This document shows positions 26,845 to 36,435 of a stretch of 64,000 bases of DNA, piece after piece; the first letter of the stretch is position 1, and every line of letters begins with the position of its first letter. Both the position numbers and the translations under genes were made by a program. Source of the stretch: an uncultured Clostridia bacterium (lineage in GTDB: Bacteria; Bacillota; Clostridia; Oscillospirales; CAG-272). The notes below the pieces were generated by a model. That model was given only the letters and a program-made list of their open reading frames with translations. It had not been told where the DNA came from and searched no databases. The stretch lies in contig CANRIL010000008.1 of the NCBI GenBank assembly GCA_947630625.1, positions 10,901 through 74,900 of the forward strand, read 5' to 3'.

Positions 26845-26975
26845 TTTATACCTCTGTTTTATTTTTTTGCATCACCGCGCAAATCAATGTTTGACAAACC
26901 GGCGCGGAGCATATATCATTATACTATAACTGATACGAAAAGGTCAAGCATGCTTTGAAAGAATCGGTAAATATT

Positions 26976-28178
26976 ATGCGGGATTTTGTCTACATTATCG
27001 CGGAATTCAATCCTCCGCACAACGGACACGCGTACCTTGTCGGCGAGGCTCGCCGCAGATTTCCGGACGCCTCGATCATAGCGATCATGAGCGGACATTT
27101 CACGCAGCGCGGCTCGCCCGCCGTCACGGACAAATTTACGCGCGCCCGCGCGGCTGTCGCCGTCGGGTGCGACCTCGTGCTGTCGCTGCCGTTTCCGTTC
27201 TCATCGTCGTCGGCTGAAAATTTCGCCGTCGGCGGCGTCGCCGTCGCCTCAGCAATTGCCGCCGCTTTCCCGTCCGAACGTCACACGCTCGTTTTCGGGA
27301 GCGAATGCGGCAGCACGCCGGCGCTCTGTGAGGCGGCGCGCCGCATCTCCGGGGAAGGATACAGGAGCGCACTCTACAGCGCCGCCAACGGCGGTCACAA
27401 CGCGCGCGACATGCGCGCCGTTTATGCCTCGCTCTACGGCGAGGATGAAGCCCGAATACTTGACGGCGCCAACGACGCGCTTGGGATCGAATATATCCGC
27501 GCGATATCATACATCGGCGCAAATATAGCGCCCGCTGCCGTTCGCCGCGTCGGCGCCGCGCACGACGGCGATCCCATAGGCAGCACATCTTCGGCGTCAT
27601 ACATTCGGGCGCTGCTTTCGCAAAATGACAGCATCGCGTGGACATACGTCCCCGCATCCGTTCGCGATATTATCTCCTCCAGCGCGCACGGCACGGTCAG
27701 TGAAAAGCGCGTCGGCGCGGCGATCCACGCGATCCTTCGCATGACCGACCCTGAAACCGCTGACGGATTTTACGAATGCGGCGGCGGTGTCGGCAGGCGG
27801 CTCGTCCGCGCGGCTTCCCTATCCGGGGATTATGACAGCATGATGTCGCTCGCGGCGACGAAGCAGTACACAAACGCCCGACTGCGCCGCGCCGCGCTTA
27901 TGGCAGCCGCCGGGATCGACAAAAAAGACATCGCCCCGACGCCTCTGTTTACCCAGCTTCTCGCCGCAAACGATGTCGGCACCGCCATTCTGCACTGCTG
28001 CCGCGGGGACTTGCCCATACTGACAAAACCGGCGGACATTGAAAAGCTGCCGGAACGCGCACGGGAGCAAGCCGCGCTCGACGCGCGCGCCGACGCGCTA
28101 TTCACGCTCGGATTCAACCCGCCGCTCCCAGCAGGGTCGTTCACAAAATCGACCCCGTATATCGAAAAGGGCATATGA
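26976..28178 (+). CDS. tmcAL: tRNA(Met) cytidine acetate ligase (YlbM/UPF0348 nucleotidyltransferase)
   Basis: IIAEFNPPHNGHAYL (HxGH nucleotidyltransferase motif) and a length of about 400 aa. ATG 26976 is preferred over TTG 26955. Confidence 0.8.
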   Translation: MRDFVYIIAEFNPPHNGHAYLVGEARRRFPDASIIAIMSGHFTQRGSPAVTDKFTRARAAVAVGCDLVLSLPFPFSSSSAENFAVGGVAVASAIAAAFPSERHTLVFGSECGSTPALCEAARRISGEGYRSALYSAANGGHNARDMRAVYASLYGEDEARILDGANDALGIEYIRAISYIGANIAPAAVRRVGAAHDGDPIGSTSSASYIRALLSQNDSIAWTYVPASVRDIISSSAHGTVSEKRVGAAIHAILRMTDPETADGFYECGGGVGRRLVRAASLSGDYDSMMSLAATKQYTNARLRRAALMAAAGIDKKDIAPTPLFTQLLAANDVGTAILHCCRGDLPILTKPADIEKLPERAREQAALDARADALFTLGFNPPLPAGSFTKSTPYIEKGI

Positions 28179-28182
28179 ATTT

Positions 28183-28223
28183 TGTGGGAGAGCCGTTTTT
28201 CCGGCTCTCCCACATAAAATTTT
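28183..28223. terminator. bidirectional rho-independent terminator
   Basis: 13-bp stem UGUGGGAGAGCCG / CGGCUCUCCCACA with loop UUUUUC and tail UAAAAUUUU. It sits between convergent tmcAL and aph. Confidence 0.8.
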
Positions 28224-28246
28224 CCCCGGAATCATTGATTTCCGTT

Positions 28247-29032
28247 TCAGCCGAAAACCTCCGCTGCCGCGACGACTCTGAGCATACCGGGCTCGACCGC
28301 ATCACGCCCGTAAGCGTCCAAAAACCGGCTCCCGTACCGGTCTGTCTTAAGATTGTACCAAAGCGACCAGACGCCCCAGAAGAGATCAATATGCCGATCC
28401 CCGACGCCGCCGTTCCCCACATCAATAAAGCCGGACAGCTTCCAATTTTTCAAAACAATATTCGGAAGGCAATAGTCGCCGTGGAGCAGAACGTCCCTAT
28501 GAAATAAGTCCTTCCCCTCACAAAAGACACGATATGCTTCGTCTGCGTTTTTGTAACCGAAATTCTCAGCCGACTCAGATTTATCATACTGTCCCGTGCG
28601 GTAATTGTGCTCGACCAGCGAAATATACGAGTCTATCCTGTCCTTGACCGGGCAATCGCCGAAATCGGTTTCGTGCAGCTTTCTCAGCTCCTCCGCCAAA
28701 GCGTCGCATAGGCGCGCCGGTTCAGACAAATATCCAGCCCACGTGCAGTCCTCGCCCGGCAAAGCGGCGGTAAGAAGCCAGTCCCTGTCGCGCGATGTAT
28801 AATTCAAAACCTCAGCGCCGATTTCTTTGGAATGAAAATATTCCGTCATAGCGGCTTCCTTTTCAAGTTCGCCCTTGCCTGAAGATTTCAAATAGTACCC
28901 GCCGTTTTTGTCGATGAAATAAACAGAGGCAGCGTCCGAACAGGAGCTGTCGTAAATTTTCGCATCGGCAATAAACCGGCAGATCTCCGGCGGCACGCCG
29001 TCCGGAAGCTTTGAGATCAAGACTTTTCTCAT
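28247..29032 (-). CDS. aminoglycoside 3'-phosphotransferase family protein (APH(3')-like)
   Basis: Catalytic loop LLHGDYCLPNIVL, then GFIDVGNGGVGDRHIDLF, with the same spacing as in APH(3') enzymes. Start at ATG 29030-29032 overlaps the upstream stop (TGATG). Confidence 0.8.
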   Translation of the reverse strand: MRKVLISKLPDGVPPEICRFIADAKIYDSSCSDAASVYFIDKNGGYYLKSSGKGELEKEAAMTEYFHSKEIGAEVLNYTSRDRDWLLTAALPGEDCTWAGYLSEPARLCDALAEELRKLHETDFGDCPVKDRIDSYISLVEHNYRTGQYDKSESAENFGYKNADEAYRVFCEGKDLFHRDVLLHGDYCLPNIVLKNWKLSGFIDVGNGGVGDRHIDLFWGVWSLWYNLKTDRYGSRFLDAYGRDAVEPGMLRVVAAAEVFG

Positions 29033-29610
29033 CAATATTTGCCCTCGCTCCCGCTTTGCCTCTCCCATTCTTTTTTCAGGATGGCGTACTGCACCGTATT
29101 TTCATAAAGCGGCGTCCCGTCCGGATCATTGACAAAGGAGATAAACTCCAAAAACATCCCTTCCTGCCGCATTCCAAGCCGTTCACACAGCTTCCTGCTC
29201 GGCTTGTTGTCTTCTTCGGTATACGCGTAAAGCCGCCTCATCTTTTTCTCGTAGAACAGATAATCAAAGTAGGCATGCACCGCCTCAAACGCATATCCCT
29301 TTCCCTGATAATCAGGATGCAGCATCCAGCAGGGGCTCGCCGTGTCGCCGTCTTCCTCCGCCCCGGTGAACAGCTCCCCGATAACCTTTCCGCTCTCTTT
29401 CAGGCAGACGGCAAAATAGTTTTCTTCCGGGCGCTCATGCAGACGCCCGATCTCCTTGCGGACATCGTCCGCCTCCGCCGGCTTCATATCCTGAAAGCAA
29501 TGAACGGTCTGTGCGGAAAGGAGCGCAAACACGTCCTCTGCGTCGTCCGCCTGAAACGGTCTTAAAATCAATCGTTCTGTTTCGATTTTTTGTGTTTCGC
29601 AATGATCCAT
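29032..29610 (-). CDS. GNAT family N-acetyltransferase (RimJ/RimL-like)
   Basis: IETERLILRPFQADDAEDVF..., QGKGYAFEAVHAYFDYLF, and NKPSRKLCERLGMRQEG. Start chosen at ATG 29610 (MDHCETQK). Confidence 0.8.
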   Translation of the reverse strand: MDHCETQKIETERLILRPFQADDAEDVFALLSAQTVHCFQDMKPAEADDVRKEIGRLHERPEENYFAVCLKESGKVIGELFTGAEEDGDTASPCWMLHPDYQGKGYAFEAVHAYFDYLFYEKKMRRLYAYTEEDNKPSRKLCERLGMRQEGMFLEFISFVNDPDGTPLYENTVQYAILKKEWERQSGSEGKY

Positions 29611-29724
29611 ACTGTGATCTCCCACTAAAAACAACCGCCGAGCCTTCACCACTCGCGTTTCGACAGCCGTCCGTTTTGTCGGCTGAAATTTTACCGATAA
29701 ATAATGTACGGTTTTAAAATTCGG

Positions 29725-29803
29725 ATATAAAGATCGGCAGCGCAGAAAGTTTTTTTCTTTCTGCGCTGTCATTTGCCTTTGCCGACGCCTATTTAGCGTC
29801 GGC
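29725..29803 (-). terminator. two hairpins downstream of infB (the second is terminator-like)
   Basis: Hairpin A: 29781-29788 / 29796-29803 (GCCGACGC/GCGUCGGC). Hairpin B: a 12-bp stem 29738-29749 / 29757-29768 (CAGCGCAGAAAG/CUUUCUGCGCUG), followed on the minus strand by a U-rich tail. Confidence 0.6.
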
Positions 29804-29827
29804 TTTCGAGGCTTTTCGCCATATAAT

Positions 29828-32674
29828 TTATCTTTCGACCTCTACCATCTGGAAGCATTCGAGAATGTCGCCTTCCTTGATGTCGTTGAACCGTTCGAGG
29901 CCGATGCCGCATTCGAAGCCCTGCGCCATCTCGCGCCTGTCCTCCTTGAAGTGGCGGAGCGAGCTGATCTTGTCCTCGAAGATCACAACGCCGTCCCGGA
30001 CTATGCGTATCTTCGCATTTCTGACGATCTTGCCGTCCGTGACGTAGGAGCCCGCGATCGTTCCGACATTCGGAACGTGTATCGTCTGTCTGACCTCAGC
30101 GTGACCGAGCAGTTCTTCACGGTATTTGGGCGCGAGCATGCCCTTCATCGCCGCCGTGATCTCCTCTATGCACTCGTAAATGACGCTGTATGTCCTGATT
30201 TCGACGCCCATTCTGTCCGCCATATCGAGCGCCGCCTTGTCGGGACGGACGTTGAAGCCGACGATGATCGCGTTCGACGCCGCAGCGAGCTGCACATCCG
30301 ATTCGATTATGCCGCCGACGGCGGAATGTATGATCTCGATCCGTACCTCGTCGTTTGAGATCTTCTGGAGCGAGGACTTGACAGCCTCGGCGCTGCCGCG
30401 AACGTCCGCCTTGACGATAATATTGAAATCCTTGACGCCTGATTCGATCTGCGCGAACATTTCAGAGAGGTTGGCGCGCGCGTTCGCGCGGAACGTCTCT
30501 TCCTTCTCCTTCGCGCGGCGCTGGTCAGCCAGCTCGCGCGCCATGCGCTCATCCTCGACCGCGCGGAATTCATCTCCCGCGGAGGGCACATCGGCAAGAC
30601 CTGTGATCTCGACCGGGACGGAAGGACCCGCGTCGCGCAGGCGCTTTCCGTTCTCGTCCGTCATAGCGCGGACTCTGCCGACGGACGTTCCGGCGATCAC
30701 GATGTCGCCCGAATGGAGCGTTCCGTTCTGGACAAGCACCGTCGCGACGGGACCGCGGCCACGGTCAAGCTTTGCCTCTATTACAAGTCCGCTCGCACGG
30801 CGGCGCGGATTTGCCTTATATTCCTGCATCTCTGCGATCAGAAGGATATCTTCGAGCAGCGTATCTATACCCATCTTTGTGACGGCGGAAACGGGGACGC
30901 ACATCACGTCTCCGCCCCAGTCCTCGGGCAGAAGGTCGTATTTCGTCAGCTCCTGCATGATGCCGTCGGGGTTCGCGCCGTGTTTATCCATCTTGTTTAT
31001 CGCGACGATTATCTGAACTCCTGCCGCCTTCGCGTGGTTGATCGCCTCTATCGTCTGTGGCATGATACCGTCGTCGGCGGCGACGACGATTACGGCAATA
31101 TCAGTCGCCATAGCGCCGCGCAGACGCATCGCCGTGAACGCCTCGTGACCGGGAGTATCAAGGAACGTGATGCTCTTGCCGTTTATCTCGACGCGGTAAG
31201 CGCCTATATGCTGCGTGATGCCGCCCGCCTCACCGGCTGTAACTCTCGTATGCCTGATCGCGTCGAGCAGCGATGTCTTGCCGTGGTCGACGTGACCCAT
31301 TACGCAGACGACGGGGCTGCGCTCGACAAGGTCCTCGTCGCTGTCTTCCTCAGTCGAGAAGAGTTGATCCTCGATCGTCACCACGACCTCGTGGACTGCC
31401 TTCGCGCCAAGTTCCTCCGTTATGATGTACGCCGTATCAAAGTCGATAGTCTCATTGACGGTCGCCATGATGCCGTTCATCATGAGCTTCTTTATGACCT
31501 CGGACGCCGTTATCTTAAGCCTGCCGGCAAGCTCGCCGACCGTGATCTCGTCCGGTATCTCTATCGTCAGCTGCTGACGGCGCGCGCGCTCAACTTCCTC
31601 CTTGCGGATTTTGTCCATCGCGCGCTTTTCCTTATCGCGGTCCTTGCCGCTGACGCTCTTGTTGTTCTGCTTTTTGAGCTTCTGCTTGGTCTGAACGTTT
31701 TCGTCGCGGTCGGAAACGTAGCTCTGAAGCTTTTCATCATATTTGGAAAGGTCGACCGAGCTTGAACGCGTGTCTACGATGCGCGTCGCGCCCGTGCGCT
31801 GGCGAGCAGCGCCCTGCGTTTCCTTCTTAGGCTTTGCGCCTCCGGCAGCGGCGCCCTCGGTGGGCGTCCAGGGTCCGCGGTTCTTTTTCGGCGCTTCGAC
31901 TCTGCCGCGGCCGAGAACGGTCCCCTCTGCCTGAGGCTTCGGTTCCTCGCGGCGCGGGGCGGGTCTTTCCTGCTGGCGCTGCTTTGATGCGTCTTTGCCG
32001 TCGCCCTTTTCCCTTACGTCTTTTCCGCTCTGCTGCTTCTGCTGCCCCTGCTGTTTTTCGTCGCCGCGCTTCTGCTGCGCGCCCTGCTGCGGTTTCTTGC
32101 CCGGAAGGACAGGCGTGCCGCGGCCGTTTTTGCCCGGAAGAACGGGCGTCCCGCGCGTCGGCGTCGTTGTCGACTGTGTGGGCGCAGACTCCGTTGTCTT
32201 TGTATCCGCCGCCGGCTTCGGCTCAGTCTTTTCCGCCGGTTTCGCGCCCTGTGATTCCGCGGGCTTCGGCTCATGTCTTTCGTGCTTCGGCTCCTGTTTC
32301 TCCGCCGGTTTTGCCTCAGGCTTTTCTGCCTGCTTTGACTCCGGCTTCTTCTCAGGCGCGGTCTTTTTCTCCTCCGCCTTCGCAGATTCGCCTTCGGTCG
32401 GCGCAGCATCGGCTTTTTCTGCCTGCTCGGCGCTCTTCTTCGGGGTCTTTCTCGGAATTGTGGCCTCGCCCCTCACATATTCATCAAGATTCGTTATCTG
32501 ATTTTCCCTTGTGATACTCTCGATGAACAGGTTGAATTCAGCCGGTTCAAGGATCGCCATATGAGTCTTGCCCTCAAGACCCACGCTCGCAAGAAGGTCA
32601 ATGATATCCTTGCTCTTGATGTTGAAGTCCTTAGCCAGACGGTTGATCCTGTAGGTCGTGGCTTGCTGTGCCAT
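29828..32674 (-). CDS. infB: translation initiation factor IF-2
   Basis: G-domain [28 protein letters not shown]. The K/E/P/A-rich low-complexity N-terminal third is typical of IF-2. Confidence 0.95.
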   Translation of the reverse strand: MAQQATTYRINRLAKDFNIKSKDIIDLLASVGLEGKTHMAILEPAEFNLFIESITRENQITNLDEYVRGEATIPRKTPKKSAEQAEKADAAPTEGESAKAEEKKTAPEKKPESKQAEKPEAKPAEKQEPKHERHEPKPAESQGAKPAEKTEPKPAADTKTTESAPTQSTTTPTRGTPVLPGKNGRGTPVLPGKKPQQGAQQKRGDEKQQGQQKQQSGKDVREKGDGKDASKQRQQERPAPRREEPKPQAEGTVLGRGRVEAPKKNRGPWTPTEGAAAGGAKPKKETQGAARQRTGATRIVDTRSSSVDLSKYDEKLQSYVSDRDENVQTKQKLKKQNNKSVSGKDRDKEKRAMDKIRKEEVERARRQQLTIEIPDEITVGELAGRLKITASEVIKKLMMNGIMATVNETIDFDTAYIITEELGAKAVHEVVVTIEDQLFSTEEDSDEDLVERSPVVCVMGHVDHGKTSLLDAIRHTRVTAGEAGGITQHIGAYRVEINGKSITFLDTPGHEAFTAMRLRGAMATDIAVIVVAADDGIMPQTIEAINHAKAAGVQIIVAINKMDKHGANPDGIMQELTKYDLLPEDWGGDVMCVPVSAVTKMGIDTLLEDILLIAEMQEYKANPRRRASGLVIEAKLDRGRGPVATVLVQNGTLHSGDIVIAGTSVGRVRAMTDENGKRLRDAGPSVPVEITGLADVPSAGDEFRAVEDERMARELADQRRAKEKEETFRANARANLSEMFAQIESGVKDFNIIVKADVRGSAEAVKSSLQKISNDEVRIEIIHSAVGGIIESDVQLAAASNAIIVGFNVRPDKAALDMADRMGVEIRTYSVIYECIEEITAAMKGMLAPKYREELLGHAEVRQTIHVPNVGTIAGSYVTDGKIVRNAKIRIVRDGVVIFEDKISSLRHFKEDRREMAQGFECGIGLERFNDIKEGDILECFQMVEVER

Positions 32675-32719
32675 ATAATTCCTCCGTATAGTACAATTGC
32701 CTATATAACTTTATCTTTT

Positions 32720-33052
32720 TTATTTCGCCGCATCCCCGCCGTCACCGTAAAACGCTGACCTCGCGGCGGAGGCAATGCCCGTGTCCGTTATTATCACCGC
32801 CGCGACGAACCCCGTCTTGCCGACAGCGTGCGCAAGCGCCTCGCCGTCAACGGGGAGCCGGCATAGCTCCGCGCCGTAAAACGCGCATTTATCGGAAAGC
32901 CGCTTCTCGGTCGACGCCGAGATACCGCGCGCGGCGAACACAACGCCTCCGTGGATGCGGCGCAGCGCGTCGCACACGGCGGGAGTACCCATCGCGAGCC
33001 TGCCCGCTTTCCGCGCGAGCCCGATATACCGAATCGCGCCCTCACCCATCAT
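32720..33052 (-). CDS. ylxQ: L7Ae/L30e family RNA-binding protein YlxQ
   Basis: About 110 aa, GLARKAGRLAMGTPAV pattern, located between ylxR and infB. Confidence 0.8.
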   Translation of the reverse strand: MMGEGAIRYIGLARKAGRLAMGTPAVCDALRRIHGGVVFAARGISASTEKRLSDKCAFYGAELCRLPVDGEALAHAVGKTGFVAAVIITDTGIASAARSAFYGDGGDAAK

Positions 33053-33338
33053 TTTCTATCTCAAGCCGGAGCCTATCCGCTATTTCGTCCGGAATACTAA
33101 CTCCGAGATTGCGCGCGAGCTGTCCCTTCTTGACCGCCTTTGAAAGGCACGACGATGAGCGGCATATATATGCGCCTCTCCCGGACTTTTTTCCGGTCAG
33201 ATCGACCGAAACGTCGCCCTCCGGCGAACGCACCACGCGTATGAGTTCAGCCTTAGGCTTCGTCGCCCCGCAGCCGATGCAGCGGCGCTCTGGCATTTTC
33301 TTTTTTGCGGGTGCGCCTTTGTCTGCCAAGGAAGCCAC
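33042..33338 (-). CDS. ylxR: YlxR/RnpM family (DUF448) RNA-binding protein
   Basis: RRCIGCGATKPKAELIRVV...GRGAYIC motif, directly downstream of nusA. Confidence 0.85.
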   Translation of the reverse strand: MASLADKGAPAKKKMPERRCIGCGATKPKAELIRVVRSPEGDVSVDLTGKKSGRGAYICRSSSCLSKAVKKGQLARNLGVSIPDEIADRLRLEIENDG

Positions 33339-33343
33339 CGCCT

Positions 33344-34366
33344 TTAATTGTCGCTCTTGATGTCTATCTTAAATCCGGTCAGTCGTGCGGCGAGACGGGC
33401 GTTCTGCCCTTCCTTGCCGATGGCGAGCGAGAGCTGATCGGCGTCGACATACACCTTTGCCGAGCGCTCGCCCTCGATCTCAACCGCGTTGACGTTTGCG
33501 GGGGCAAGCGCCGCCGCAATGTATTCGCACGGGTCCTCGCTATAGCGGACGATATCTATCTTTTCGCCGCCGAGCTCGTCAAGGATCGTATTTATTCTCG
33601 CGCCGCGGTTGCCGACACACGAGCCTACGGCATCAACGTCGGGGTCGCGGGAATATACGGAAATCTTTGTGCGCGAACCTGCCTCGCGGCAGACGCTTTT
33701 CACCAGAACTACGCCGTCGGCGATCTCCGGTATCTCAAGCTCGAACAGCCGCTTTACAAGGTTTGGATGCGTCCTTGAAAGGATCACTATCGGTCCCCTC
33801 GTCTCGCTCTTGACCTCGGAAATATAAACCTTTATGCGGTCGCCGACCTCGAACTGCTCACCTGGTATCTGTTCCTCGCGGACAAGAACGGCCTCGCTCG
33901 TGCCGGTGTTCACGACGACGGAACCGTCCGGGTCGACCTTTGTGACCTGCGCCGTGACAATCTCCTCACGCCGCGTCTCATATTCTGCGCGCACCTGCTT
34001 GCGCTCTTCCTCGCGGATGCCCTGGATTATGACCTGCTTCGCGGCCTGCGCCGACAGGCGGCGGAAATTCTTCGGCTTCATCTCGACTTCGCAGATGCCG
34101 CCGAGCGCGCTCTTCTTCGAGATCTTGCGCGCGTCCTCAAGGGATATCTGCGTCGTCGGGTCTTCGACCTCCTCAACTATCTCGAACTGCTGGTACATCT
34201 TGATGTCGCGCTTATCCTCGTTTATCGCGATGCGGCAGTTCTCGCCGCCGACCTCGCGCTTAAAGGCGGATAAAAGCGCCGCCTCGATGCGCTCAAGCAT
34301 ATATTCCTTCGGTATTCCCTTTTCCTTTTCAAGCGCCTCAAGGGCTGAAAAAAGCTCGCTGTTCAT
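33344..34366 (-). CDS. nusA: transcription termination/antitermination factor NusA
   Basis: N-terminus ELFSALEALEKEKGIPKEYMLERIEAAL, followed by an S1 domain and two KH domains (IGKEGQNARLAARLTG). Confidence 0.95.
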   Translation of the reverse strand: MNSELFSALEALEKEKGIPKEYMLERIEAALLSAFKREVGGENCRIAINEDKRDIKMYQQFEIVEEVEDPTTQISLEDARKISKKSALGGICEVEMKPKNFRRLSAQAAKQVIIQGIREEERKQVRAEYETRREEIVTAQVTKVDPDGSVVVNTGTSEAVLVREEQIPGEQFEVGDRIKVYISEVKSETRGPIVILSRTHPNLVKRLFELEIPEIADGVVLVKSVCREAGSRTKISVYSRDPDVDAVGSCVGNRGARINTILDELGGEKIDIVRYSEDPCEYIAAALAPANVNAVEIEGERSAKVYVDADQLSLAIGKEGQNARLAARLTGFKIDIKSDN

Positions 34367-34402
34367 AGAATTTTTTTACCTTTCGTCCGTGTTTCGTACC
34401 GG

Positions 34403-34894
34403 TCAGTCGTCAAAATCGTAGACCGTTTTTATGAGCGCGCATTCGCCGCGCGGAATTTCGTATATCGCCCCGTCGTCGGCGGTGAGAGTTATCTTGTCCG
34501 CCTCCGCGTCGTATGCGGAGATCTCTCCCGTGACAGCCTTTTTTCCGTCCTTCGGCGCGAAGAATCTCACCTCAACGCGCTCGCCCGTGCCGGTGAACTC
34601 GACTATGTGGCGCGGCAGACGAAGCTCACGCTCGATCCCAGGGGAGGAAACCTCAAGGTTGTACGCGTTCTCGATAGGATCAGCTTCGTCAAGCACGGGG
34701 TCTATCGCGCGGTGCACGCGCTCGCAGTCCTCGATCGTTATGCCTTCGAATTTGTCAATAGTGACGCGGAGGTAATACGAAGGACCTTCCTTTTCGTATA
34801 CGACATCCCAGAGATCGTATCCGAGCTCCTCAACGGTAGGTCTGATGAGCTCTTCAACTATGCCTGCGATATTCTTTTTCTGATTTTTCGCCAT
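34403..34894 (-). CDS. rimP: ribosome maturation factor RimP
   Basis: IVEELIRPTVEELGYDLWDVVYEKEG...YLRVTID pattern. Start at ATG 34894. First gene of the nusA-infB operon. Confidence 0.88.
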   Translation of the reverse strand: MAKNQKKNIAGIVEELIRPTVEELGYDLWDVVYEKEGPSYYLRVTIDKFEGITIEDCERVHRAIDPVLDEADPIENAYNLEVSSPGIERELRLPRHIVEFTGTGERVEVRFFAPKDGKKAVTGEISAYDAEADKITLTADDGAIYEIPRGECALIKTVYDFDD

Positions 34895-34933
34895 GATCTC
34901 AGTTTTCCCTCTTTGACGGGCTGACGGAAATTT

Positions 34934-34961
34934 CAAAAACAAAGAGCGGGTCGCCCCACTC
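34934..34961 (-). terminator. leader terminator/attenuator upstream of rimP-nusA
   Basis: Minus strand: GAGUGGG-GCGA-CCCGCUC followed by UUUGUUUUUG. It lies between the promoter at 34990-35018 and the rimP SD. Confidence 0.55.
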
Positions 34962-34989
34962 TTCATCCGCTCTCTCCATACTTCGCCTA

Positions 34990-35018
34990 ATTATACCATA
35001 CAAAAAGGGCTTTTGCAA
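34990..35018 (-). promoter_or_regulatory. promoter of the rimP-nusA-infB operon (TTGCAA-17 nt-TGgTATAAT)
   Basis: Minus strand: -35 TTGCAA at 35018-35013 (in the loop of the upstream terminator), a 17-nt spacer containing TG, and -10 TATAAT at 34995-34990. Confidence 0.55.
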
Positions 35019-35026
35019 GCCCTTTT
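35003..35026. terminator. symmetric (bidirectional) terminator hairpin
   Basis: AAAAGGGCUU-UUGC-AAGCCCUUUU. Confidence 0.65.
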
Positions 35027-35282
35027 CGTGATTTATTTTATAAACTTCGGTATGTTTTTTCTGATGCCGGCGCACGCTGCCGCATGTCTGCATGCCGTTA
35101 GTACGCAGCATTGCGTAGAGCCGTGCATGACGCCGCATATCCGCATACCGTTCGTATCGAGCGGAAGTCACGAGCCGCGCGTTTCAGATCCCGCCGCCGG
35201 GAAAACGGCAGCCGTATCCGTTAAAGAGCAGAAGCGTGAAACAATTCCGAGCGCCGTCGTCCGTGAAGCGCACGGCGCGGAA

Positions 35283-36398
35283 TCATTTCCCGCCGCCGTC
35301 AGGCGAATCAAAGAGGGAGGCAAGAATATCGACCGTTTCAGCCGCGCGCGCCGCCATCGCCTCCGCGCGCGCCGTCACCGACCCCGCAAGTTCACCCCGC
35401 CGCTCTATCACGTCATCTGCGGCACGGCAGAGCTCGTCCGCCCCCGCGTCAAGTCCGACGCACGGAACATTCATCTCCCGGCAAAGCGACTCGACCTTTT
35501 TGTCGTATGAGACGCCCACCATCGGCGTGCCCGCGACGGCGGAGAAGATCAGAGTGTGGAGCCGCATTCCGACTGTGAGCTCCGCACGTGAAAGGATCGC
35601 ACGCGCGTCCGCAGATGAGAGCGGCGCGCGCCTTATATATACGGGAACGCCTGCGTGCCCCGCTATTCTTTTTGACGTGCGCATATCGCACGGCAGCTGC
35701 ATCGGGACAAGCAGCGGCGCGATGCCGTGTTTCTCCCACAAATGGCGGCATAGCGCCGACGCCGCCTCGCAATATTCCGTTTTCCCCGATTTCCACGGTC
35801 TATACGAAATGACCGCGTACTTCATGCCGTCAGGCACGCCCGAATCGACATGACCGCCTTCCCCGTCAGGCTCGCCGTTCAAAAGAAACGCCGTGTCCGC
35901 CGTCACCGTGACGCGCCCCATAGGAACTCCGATCTCCTCCGCCAGCCTTGCCGAATCGCGGTCGCGCAGCGTTATCGCGTCAACGCGTGACAGCACTTCT
36001 GCCGCCCCTCTCCTGCTCGACTCACGCAAAAGAGGCCCGAGACCGTTCGCAAACAGCATCGTTTTCATCCCGTGCCGCTCAGCCGAACGCAAAAGCCAGA
36101 GATAATAAAGCAGCGAACGGTGGCTCGTCACATCCTGTATCAGGCTGCCGCCGCCAAAAAGGAACACTCCGCCGCGCGAAAACTCGCCGTTTATCGCCGC
36201 GGCGTTATACCTGTGCCGCGCGCGGACGCCGTAAAGCTTATGCGTCTTTTTCGGCTTCATCGAGAGCACCGTGACCGTTTTGCCGGGCAGACGGCGCTTT
36301 ATTTCCGACAGAACGATTGATAAAAGCGCCTCGTCTCCGCTGTTGGCGAATCCGAGATAGCCCGCGATAACGATATCCGACACCGCTGTGTCCCCCAT
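35283..36398 (-). CDS. csaB: polysaccharide pyruvyl transferase CsaB
   Basis: IVIAGYLGFANSGDEALLSIVLSEI N-terminal motif and a length of about 370 aa. Start chosen at ATG 36398 to avoid overlap with the upstream gene. Confidence 0.82.
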   Translation of the reverse strand: MGDTAVSDIVIAGYLGFANSGDEALLSIVLSEIKRRLPGKTVTVLSMKPKKTHKLYGVRARHRYNAAAINGEFSRGGVFLFGGGSLIQDVTSHRSLLYYLWLLRSAERHGMKTMLFANGLGPLLRESSRRGAAEVLSRVDAITLRDRDSARLAEEIGVPMGRVTVTADTAFLLNGEPDGEGGHVDSGVPDGMKYAVISYRPWKSGKTEYCEAASALCRHLWEKHGIAPLLVPMQLPCDMRTSKRIAGHAGVPVYIRRAPLSSADARAILSRAELTVGMRLHTLIFSAVAGTPMVGVSYDKKVESLCREMNVPCVGLDAGADELCRAADDVIERRGELAGSVTARAEAMAARAAETVDILASLFDSPDGGGK

Positions 36399-36435
36399 TT
36401 TTTCATTCGGTACGCCGGACGCGCCCGGCGCTTTT

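Noticed and set aside
28247-29803. Mobile resistance cassette (GNAT + APH) inserted after infB
   Set aside because: I could see no transposase, integrase, attC-like site or flanking direct or inverted repeats. Base composition looks like the neighbouring genes. It is kept as a finding, but not called a mobile element.
31830-32520. Repetitive DNA in the 5' third of infB as an independent repeat element
   Set aside because: It encodes the K/E/P/A-rich low-complexity N-terminal region (KPAEK-type reiterations) that is normal for IF-2.
34899-35171. 90-aa minus-strand ORF upstream of rimP
   Set aside because: It crosses the bidirectional terminator, the rimP promoter and the leader terminator. 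It has no SD and its composition is arginine-rich noise.
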